A stretch of DNA of 64,000 bases, taken from the sequence record SRR20825006_932. One strand, 5' to 3'. Below the pieces are notes generated by a model, which saw only the letters and a program-made list of their open reading frames with translations, ran no database searches and was not told the DNA's origin. Positions 49,562 to 57,800 of this stretch are shown one piece after another. Both the position numbers and the translations under genes were made by a program. Numbering within the stretch: the first letter of the stretch is position 1; each line of letters begins with the position of its first letter.

Positions 49562-50086
49562 TTATTGGTAAGTTACAGTAACTGTAATAGGAGTACCATT
49601 AGTAGTAGTTGAGAAACTACCAGCAATAGATGATGCAAGAGTACCACCAAAGTCTAAAGTAGCATCACCAGAACCGTCTAAGTTAATTGTAGCTCCAGAA
49701 GCAAATAGACCAGCACCACCGTCTAATTCAGCACTGTAAGCTGAAGTAGTAAAGGCTACTGGAGTAGAAGTAGGATCAGTATCAAGTGTAGCACCAGTAT
49801 AGTCAACAGTAACAGCTGCACTAGCTGCACCAGCGATAGTAACTTGACCGTAAGTGGTAGTAACACCAACGTTTACGTTAGCAGTTACGTCAGAAGCACC
49901 CGCTTTAAGCGTAGAAGCTAATCAAGCCTGAATAGTACCAAGACTTATGTCACCAGCGTTAGCAACAGTTAAAGCAGTAACTACTTCAGCACTAACAGCA
50001 ACGTTTGCTGTTTCTTGAGCGAATGTGTTAACAGATAATGCAGCTACAAGAGCTAAAGCAGAAAGTATTAATTTGTATGATTTCAT
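49562..50086 (-). pseudogene. Putative major pilin (DUF4402/spore-coat-U-like, 174 codons) interrupted by an in-frame TGA at codon 55
   Basis: ATG at 50086. MKSYKLILSALALVAALSVNTFA|QETANVAVSAEVV...SLGTIQA-TGA(49922-49924)-LASTLKAGASD...LDFGGTL...GSFS...ITVTVTYQ-TAA(49562). The frame is the same throughout, with a penultimate Tyr. Confidence 0.82.
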
Positions 50087-50198
50087 AATGAATATTGGTT
50101 GGTTTAGAATTTCTGAAAACAAGATATTTAAGTAAGGCGGTCTTAAAAAGTTAGATTCTCTTAATTAAAATATTTTAAGAAATGGGGAGTTTTGGGGT

Positions 50199-50726
50199 TC
50201 AATCATATTCTATAAATAAAACTACTTGCCCTGAATAGATGCCATTTGCAATATTACCGACATCGATAGTGCCAAACATGTAAAGAAATAACGCTTGCCA
50301 AACATCAGTTTTTAAATTACTTGAAGATGGTTTGTGAACAGGGAAATACCCAGTGTTATTCTCTAGAGTTGTAGCTAATTTTTGGTTATCAACTCCTGAA
50401 TTGTTAAAAGCTGCATTCAAAGTAATGGGTATTCTATCAGTAGAATTAGAGCTTTCATTAATTAAAAAGTCGGGAGAATTTAATGTTATATAAATATTCT
50501 GCGTGTGATAAGCACGAATACTATATACACCAGAGTTGATAGCGCCTAAGGGAATGTTGTGAAGACCAGAATTAGCAACTAAAGTTCCAAAATTTAGATT
50601 TTGTTCTACTGTTACGCTTAACTCAGGTTCTATATTAATATTTAGATTAATGAACTGTGCGGAAGTACTAGTGTTTACCACAAGAAAGAAAAGTGCTAGG
50701 AAAATAGAACGTTTTGCGCTAGTCAT
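50199..50726 (-). CDS. Minor pilin-like subunit (chaperone-usher type)
   Basis: Likely ATG at 50726 (MTSAKRSIFL). Signal peptide, LNFGTL, ends GIYSGQVVLFIEYD. Confidence 0.7.
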   Translation of the reverse strand: MTSAKRSIFLALFFLVVNTSTSAQFINLNINIEPELSVTVEQNLNFGTLVANSGLHNIPLGAINSGVYSIRAYHTQNIYITLNSPDFLINESSNSTDRIPITLNAAFNNSGVDNQKLATTLENNTGYFPVHKPSSSNLKTDVWQALFLYMFGTIDVGNIANGIYSGQVVLFIEYD

Positions 50727-51360
50727 AACTAATAGTAATTGTGATATCCGCTGTATAAGTACCAGCATCTATCATGCCTATATTTAAAGAACCGTATATA
50801 TATAGGTATGCAGTTTCATTATAAAGAGCCGGGTTATAACCCTGATAGACAGGAGTAGGAGGAGGCCCTGGCGGGTTTGTTCCTCTGTAAAGTACAGGAA
50901 ATTGTGCACTAGCTATATTAGCAGCAACAGTCATTTGTGTTGCTTGATTCGTATCGTTAGCGCCTCTATTTGCATATGAGCCCTCTAGGGTAAATGGAAT
51001 GCGACAAGAAGGATCGCTAAGACAAGCTAAGTTTCCATCTAATAGAAGGTAGTCATCGGCAGTAATATCTACGAGTACATCGAGATATTTTACACCTTCA
51101 ATACTTAAGACTTTTGCATCAAGTATGGTTTTTGATTTCAAACCTTCATTTTGAAACACCATTCCAAATTCTAAATCCTCAGAGGGAAATAAGTCGGTTA
51201 ATGTTACCGCATAAAGGCTACTGTAGTCGCCAAAGTTAATTTCTTGTGCATTGACCTTGTTGCTATTCATAAAGACAAATAGCAACAGTACCCAACTCCC
51301 TTTAAAAAATAAAGGGCTTCGATTCTTAATAAATTGGGTATGTTTTGGGAAAGAAATCAT
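50719..51360 (-). CDS. Minor pilin-like subunit (chaperone-usher type)
   Basis: Signal peptide VNA|Q, LEFGMV, ends GTYTADITITISYD. Confidence 0.68.
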   Translation of the reverse strand: MISFPKHTQFIKNRSPLFFKGSWVLLLFVFMNSNKVNAQEINFGDYSSLYAVTLTDLFPSEDLEFGMVFQNEGLKSKTILDAKVLSIEGVKYLDVLVDITADDYLLLDGNLACLSDPSCRIPFTLEGSYANRGANDTNQATQMTVAANIASAQFPVLYRGTNPPGPPPTPVYQGYNPALYNETAYLYIYGSLNIGMIDAGTYTADITITISYD

Positions 51361-51857
51361 ATATAATCGATTTCTATAGTGAAATCCCCTTGGTAATTAC
51401 CTGGTTGTGCATTTTCGAGATTTAATCTACCCCCAATCCAAAAATAATATCTTCCATCAAGATTAAATTCAATATTTCTATTGTTTTGTTTCAATAATTC
51501 AGAAGTCGGTTGGTTTTCTTCGGTATTGGCTGATATTTCATATGAAAACGTAATACCACCCTTACCTTCAGAGTGAGTAAGCTGTTGCTCAAGTAAGTAG
51601 GTTATGCGAAAAGAAGCTCCAGGAGTTCCTAAAGCAATCATATAACCAGCATTAATATCATTTATCGGATTGATATAAAGTTCTTTTTGCCCAGGCTGCA
51701 AGTCACCAAATCTTAGGCTGTTTACAGTAATGAGCTCGATAGATTGTATAACCTGTGCGCTTACATTGATAGATGCAGTGATAGATTTATTCTCTTGGGA
51801 AAATGCTGTTACATAGCAAGCAAAGGTGAAAAATAATAGGAAATGGAATCTTCTCAT
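51357..51857 (-). CDS. Minor pilin-like subunit (DUF4402-like)
   Basis: Signal peptide AFS|Q, ITASINVSAQVIQ, LRFGDLQPG, FWIGGRL...GNYQGDFTIEIDYI. Confidence 0.75.
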   Translation of the reverse strand: MRRFHFLLFFTFACYVTAFSQENKSITASINVSAQVIQSIELITVNSLRFGDLQPGQKELYINPINDINAGYMIALGTPGASFRITYLLEQQLTHSEGKGGITFSYEISANTEENQPTSELLKQNNRNIEFNLDGRYYFWIGGRLNLENAQPGNYQGDFTIEIDYI

Positions 51858-51967
51858 AGCAAAACTTAAGTTACTACAAGTTTACTAAAATCAAGCTAGA
51901 TAGCGAGTTAATCTTTTTTAATTATTATACGCGAAGTTAGATTGAAGGATGAGGGCAAACAAGTGTC

Positions 51968-52357
51968 TTAATTTGGGAATGAATCAAAATAATAAGGTGG
52001 GTCAATGATTTCTTTTCCTTTTAAATCTAATGTTCTAGGTAGAAACTCGTTCCGATCTTTATTAACCAATGACTTTATTACATAGTTATAGGTCAAAATC
52101 TGGCCATTGTATCTACTAGGAAATTCGAGGGTAACAGAGTAAACACTGTCAATAGGAGTTTCGTCGGTCATTTGGAAGTTAGTAGTTCTGGTAAATGGGC
52201 GGAGATCACCTTTTACTTCCAAAAACTCTTGCCCAGGTATGAATGTACTGTCTAAGAGCATGGGCTTGAGATTTATATTAAAGGTAATCTTGGTTTGAGC
52301 GGAAGTAGCAGCTGAGAGTGCTATAAAACTGATGAATAGAAGAAATATCTGTTTCAT
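51968..52357 (-). CDS. Small secreted CBM20-like/Ig-fold protein
   Basis: Signal peptide, then ITFNINL...F.PG...VKGD...MTD....DSVYSVTLEF...YNYVI. Confidence 0.55.
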   Translation of the reverse strand: MKQIFLLFISFIALSAATSAQTKITFNINLKPMLLDSTFIPGQEFLEVKGDLRPFTRTTNFQMTDETPIDSVYSVTLEFPSRYNGQILTYNYVIKSLVNKDRNEFLPRTLDLKGKEIIDPPYYFDSFPN

Positions 52358-52386
52358 TAAATGCTGTATTAACTTGTTTAAAGTAA

Positions 52387-53664
52387 TTAATTAGATGGAC
52401 GCTGTATTACTTTGTCTTTCCAGTGAAGGATAGAGAAAACACGTTCACGTGGGAAAGATGGTGGCACATTGTATCTTAATCGTTCGTCATATTGATAATT
52501 TTTTGAGTAGCCAGAAGAAACACCATAACTATTAAAAGTACCAACGGGCCCACGAGCGTCTTGGATCATTCCACCTAAAAGGTTAATGGTACCTCTAGAG
52601 CCACCACTTGTGTAATCTTCAACATAAAAGGAAGAGTTTAGTGCCATTAGAGAAGCTTGTATGGTTAAATCTCTGCTCCCTGAAAACGAATGTGCGTATC
52701 TGTCTACTCGGATATCGTCTTCTGCAACTAAACCTAGAAAGTCAGTGGAGTTAGGGTTGGTAATGGGATTGTCATTATATTGAACGTCACCTACTATTTC
52801 TATATCCCGTTCAGAGTGAATAGTTAGGTTGCCACTTACAGTACCATAGACATCTATTTCGTCGGTCGAAGAAATAATTCCATTGGTAGCCGACATGTCA
52901 TAATTCTGAGGAGTTAACCAGCCAGACCATCTACTGTACTTGGCTATATCAACCGTACCGTTACTTTTTGGAATAACTAATATTGGCTCAGTAAAAGTAA
53001 TTCCGTTAGATCTTGCTAAAGCCTTAAGCTCAGAAACTTGTTGAGACACATCAAAACTTTTATGTGGTGCATTAAAATTAGAACCGCCATTAAATTGAGG
53101 GTTATTGGAATAGGAGCTATGACCAATCCAACTACTAGGGCTAGTTACTAAACCATTAAAAATTGGATTTCCTGCAATCCGAAAAACACCGTTTGTATGT
53201 ACAGGACCACTTAATTCATCATTAGTAGTAAAGTAGATATTGGAGGGTTGATTATCAGTGAAATAAGAATATTTAGAAAACGAATCTCTTGACATCAAAA
53301 CTTCGGTACTTACTGTATAGCCTTCGAAAGAAGCTGTGCTATATAATACTACAGTATATTGATCCCAATTACCAACAGTAACAGAATCATCGAGGTTTAC
53401 AATTGTATTTTGGTCGTAAGTGGTGAGTGTACCCGAGCCTTGCTGGATTGAAGGTGTATTTATTGTTCCTGTCCAATCGTTATCATCTAGCAACCTCTGA
53501 ATAGCTTCATCAACAAGCGATATAGATATATTTCGAGCTTGTTGCTCATAGAAATAATCAATTGTTTTGTTAGGTAACGCGCTAATCCTATTGGATATGC
53601 TTAGTCGTGTCATGCCAACAATTATCACTAATCCACTTACTATAAAAATTAATCCGCGTCCCAT
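52387..53664 (-). CDS. PilX-like protein with C-terminal DUF4900-like beta-helical domain
   Basis: N-terminal hydrophobic helix plus EQQARNISIS. Then FSKYSYFTD, GPVHTNG, LGLVA, GGMIQ..RG.VG, GYSKNYQYDERL...PPSFP. Confidence 0.7.
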   Translation of the reverse strand: MGRGLIFIVSGLVIIVGMTRLSISNRISALPNKTIDYFYEQQARNISISLVDEAIQRLLDDNDWTGTINTPSIQQGSGTLTTYDQNTIVNLDDSVTVGNWDQYTVVLYSTASFEGYTVSTEVLMSRDSFSKYSYFTDNQPSNIYFTTNDELSGPVHTNGVFRIAGNPIFNGLVTSPSSWIGHSSYSNNPQFNGGSNFNAPHKSFDVSQQVSELKALARSNGITFTEPILVIPKSNGTVDIAKYSRWSGWLTPQNYDMSATNGIISSTDEIDVYGTVSGNLTIHSERDIEIVGDVQYNDNPITNPNSTDFLGLVAEDDIRVDRYAHSFSGSRDLTIQASLMALNSSFYVEDYTSGGSRGTINLLGGMIQDARGPVGTFNSYGVSSGYSKNYQYDERLRYNVPPSFPRERVFSILHWKDKVIQRPSN

Positions 53665-53672
53665 ATTAACTC

Positions 53673-54272
53673 CTAGTAATAATTCTTGTTTAAGTTAGTT
53701 GGAAAGAAAGACCGTTTCCAAACCGTGCGATAATAATTAGGAGCCGTATTTACATTCCCATTTTGAAAGTAGGGCTCGGGGCTCTCCATAATTATTTCGA
53801 TCTCAATTTCTTTTACATTGTTAGAGTTACTTGTTGCAGTTCCAACTGCATTTAGGTAGCGGATGCTGAAATAGCTAACAGGGAACTTAGTTATTCCATC
53901 ATCTGTATTAGAGCTAGTTGGTCCTTCTCTAACTAAGTAATAATCGTTGGGGTTCTGAGAGCTTGAAACAGGGCTTGATGGTTTTTCCCAAGACCAAGTT
54001 ACTCTGGTAGCATCTAAAGCATCATTATCAAAAATATCACCCCAAAAAACTATTTCATCATCATCTAAAGTAGATATTACAGTGTTAGTATATTGGTAAC
54101 CAATTCTACTTATATCATGGGAAATTATATCAACTAAGCTTTCCAATTTTTCATTAGTGATGGTAGAAAGTGTTGTTTCTTGAGTATGATTCTGAATCTG
54201 GGCATTAAAGAAAAGGATGCTTAATAATAGCAGCCCACCAACAAGAAAACTTGTAACAATACCAATGTTCAT
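53673..54272 (-). CDS. PilW-like minor pseudopilin
   Basis: N-terminal hydrophobic helix, IISHDISRIGY, terminal FPTNL. Confidence 0.6.
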   Translation of the reverse strand: MNIGIVTSFLVGGLLLLSILFFNAQIQNHTQETTLSTITNEKLESLVDIISHDISRIGYQYTNTVISTLDDDEIVFWGDIFDNDALDATRVTWSWEKPSSPVSSSQNPNDYYLVREGPTSSNTDDGITKFPVSYFSIRYLNAVGTATSNSNNVKEIEIEIIMESPEPYFQNGNVNTAPNYYRTVWKRSFFPTNLNKNYY

Positions 54273-54273
54273 A

Positions 54274-54690
54274 TCACTGCTCGAACGATTTTACAAATTC
54301 TAGATTGATAGGAGTTGTTTTAACGGAAGATTCTTTAACACTAATGGTAATTAGATACTTTTTTAAATTATTAGAAGATGAAATTAAAACGGATTCACCA
54401 TCTATTGTATACTCAGTTGAATACTGGCTGGTTGAGCCATAAGAGATCGTTCTATTTACAGGGAAATTTCTAAAGTAGTAGGAAGAGCTGCTGGAGCGAA
54501 ATTCATTTTCATTAGTAATCCATCTCATTTCGTCTATAATAGCTTGACCAGTAGAGATAGCACGGTATTCTAGCTCAGCGTTAACAATAATTTCGTTATT
54601 ACCCTGAAACGAGCGAACGGTTGTTGAAGAGAGCATCGCAAATGCAACCATTGCTCCCATTAAAAGTATTACATCAGAAAAATCATTCAT
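54274..54690 (-). CDS. PilV-like minor pseudopilin
   Basis: N-terminal hydrophobic helix, AISTGQAIIDEM, KKYLITISV. Confidence 0.55.
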   Translation of the reverse strand: MNDFSDVILLMGAMVAFAMLSSTTVRSFQGNNEIIVNAELEYRAISTGQAIIDEMRWITNENEFRSSSSSYYFRNFPVNRTISYGSTSQYSTEYTIDGESVLISSSNNLKKYLITISVKESSVKTTPINLEFVKSFEQ

Positions 54691-54802
54691 AATGAACTAT
54701 ATAAGTTTAACTCTTTTAAGAAGAGTCATCTGGATTGAATACATTACAGTTATATATAATTTAGCATAAAAAACTAGATGCGCAATTAAATACTCATTGG
54801 AG

Positions 54803-57800
54803 TTATTTAATAAGAGTTAATTTTTTAACAAAAATTCCTTCATTCGTAGTTAAGCGATAGAAGTAAACACCCGTAGAAAGGTTATTCGCACTTAGTGTAT
54901 ACTGATAGTTTCCTGCAGTGAGTGTGCTGTTTATAAGGGTATTGATTCTTCTTCCTAAAACATCAAAAATTTCGAGTTTAACAGGACTTGTTTCACTAAT
55001 ACCGTATTCAATGACAGTAACTGGATTAAACGGATTAGGATAATTCTGATTTAAATAAACCCGATTAGGAATGCTGGTTTCAATCTCAGGTGTTGAGACT
55101 TGAAGAGAGAAACGAGTAGATTGTGAAGAACTCTTTTGAGTTACACTCATTTTACCTTTTTGAGAATTAGAAGAAATTTTGCCCTTAGTTCCAAAAAAGA
55201 AGGTGTAACTCCTGTCTGATATTAGGTCAATAATTTCTCCTGTTTCATTATCTAAAAGTGATACAAGCCAATCTTCGGGAATTCCTTTTTCTCCTGAAAG
55301 TCGGATTGTAAATTCTCCAGAATATGGTAATCCATTTTTAAAGGCACTTAAACTAAGTGGGATTTTGATTCTATTCGTTAAAGTAACTGGTAAGCTGTTT
55401 ATGGCAAGTTGGGTTCCGTCATCTAATATAGAATAAAATTCTAATTGGGATTCAGAGAAAGGAACGAGCCTATAGCCATCGTAATGATCAATTTCATTTG
55501 AGCCATCTTCACTAAACATAAAGCTTGTACGCTTGCTCAAACCGTCTGTAACAGCTTCTAACTCTATTACAGGAGTGGTGAAGCTAGATTCTTTTTTAAC
55601 AAAGTTTCCGCCGGTAGTTTTTACAGCCTTTTTTACTATTAGAGAAGGACTAATTGCGTTGGCTTTAGTCCAAAATCCTTGAAATGGTGATATTAAACCG
55701 CTTCCGAGTGTTCCAGTTGTTCCGTTCCAGGTTAAATACTCTCCATTACCGGCGTTTGCGGAGGGATCCCAAACATAGATTGTAGATTCAATGTTGGTTT
55801 TAGTCCAGTTTGCAGCGTCATCCCAGTCAATGGTTGCACCAAATGGATTTCCCACCAAATTCCAACCGGAGTCGGCTGCGGTGGTATAGGTTACCCCAAA
55901 ATCAACTTGCGTACCATTACCGTCAAACTCTTGGCCCGTTACATCGATAGTATCAGGAAGCGGATTGTTGTAAAGAGGATCGGCGACAATATCACCAAAA
56001 AAGTAAACAAAAATACCTTGGCCTTGGGTTAGATTTTGAGCAGAGCTAGTTGGCGCTCTAAATCTCTGATTATCAGTTCCAGGATAGCTCTCAAGGTAAG
56101 TAAGTACATTTGGTTGAAGTGTATCTCCAGGATTAGAGCCTGTATTGTAAAAAGCTCCAGAAAATCCTTGAGTTAACAAGCCATCAATAAAATCTCCATA
56201 GGTAGAAGAAACAGGAGATGAGAGTATACGCCAGCCTTTTACACCGCTTACCTTTCTTTTAAAACGAAGATTACCAGAACCATAAGTTTGAGTGTTGGCA
56301 ATTAAGTTTACACCTGAAGGGATTAACAATTCCCCATCAGTAAGGGCAAGAGTGCCTGAAACTGTAAAGTTTTCGGTTACAAAGACTGTTCCTGGGTTAT
56401 CAATTTCTACATGAACATAGGAGCTTGGACTTATTATAGTTTGATCCGATGAACCGTCAAAAACAACTGTACCTAGAGACACGTCAGCTACATTAATATT
56501 TCCACCAATAGTTAAAGAATCGTTATTAGTTCCTAGAATGCTAGCGTCTCCATTAATATCGCCAGTTACAATAAAATTGCTACTTCCAGAAACGGTAATT
56601 TGGGCTTTAGATTCTAAAGTAAGGCTAGCAATCTGAGTATTAGTAACATCCACAACTGGGTACTCATTTCCAACGGATGGATCTGTTGGGATAAGAACCA
56701 CTGAGGATACTCCAGGTACTGAAGGAACGTTCCAGTTATCAGAATCATCCCAGTCTGAAGCTACTGCTGCAGAGCCTAATTGACTTATCCAGATATGTGA
56801 GAACGCAGCAAACTCAACAGTAGCGTTATCTGTAATTGGATTACTATTTAAAGTTCCTGTAATTGTTGATACTCCGACACTAACAGACGAAGTGAGTGTA
56901 GCAGAATAGGTGCTATTTCCATTATCAGTAACCGAGCCAAGCGTACCAGAAGTGGCTGAAAGCGATACCGTTTCACCACCAACGCTCAAATTATTTCCGT
57001 AAATGTCTTTTAGCTGTACCGTAATTGTTGAAGTACTTGCCCCATCATTCAGAATTACAGCAGGCGAGGAAGATATGGTTGAAGTTGTTTCATCAGCGGC
57101 ACCCGCAGCAACAGTAAATGTATTACTTGTTCCTGTCTCAGAACCTGCGGAATTTGTTGCTGTAATAGTACAATTACCAATACTTGTGATACTAACATTA
57201 TGTGGATTCAAAATACCTGAAACAAAGCTAGCAGTGGTTCCTTGTCCAGAACCCATTGTACATGTGGAAGTAATAAGAACAGTTCCTGTAAAAGTTGTTA
57301 CGGTTGTACCTGTTCCATCAATGGCTGAAATTACAGTATTGAAGGTTTGTCCGGCTGTCTTGGCACTTATATTTCCATAAGGAGCTCGTTCAATTTTGAA
57401 TCCTGCCAATACACCCGCATTAATTACAGTGAATGAGTTACTTGTTTCTGAGTCTAAACCTGAGCCTGATGTTGTTAATGTATAGGTACCAATGTCATCA
57501 AAAACGAGGTCATTGAAATCAGCAATTCCTAATGAATTTGTATTTACAGTAGTTGTACCTGAAAGTGCACCAGGACCTGAAGCCTTTGCAATACTTATAC
57601 TTGTGCCACTTGTCTCAATAGAATTACCAAACTGATCTACTAATTGAGCTCGCACTGAGGGGGTAATGGTACTATCAACATTAGTTATGGATGGCTGTTG
57701 AACGAATGTCAAACTATCTGCAGCACCAGCAATCATAGTCAGGGTTCCATAATTGGTGCCACCACCTTGACCTGTTGAGCCTGTATTAGTAATATTTTTG

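Noticed and set aside
49880-49924. Selenocysteine recoding of the pilin UGA
   Set aside because: Only a weak CGCT-TAA-AGCG hairpin follows, with no convincing bacterial SECIS. The aligned residue in the paralog is Gly, not Cys.
49922-49924. Alternative genetic code (UGA = Trp/Gly)
   Set aside because: TGA is a real stop elsewhere (rsmI at 1912, chaperone at 48594, pilin at 51357, each overlapping the next start), and long genes have no internal TGA.
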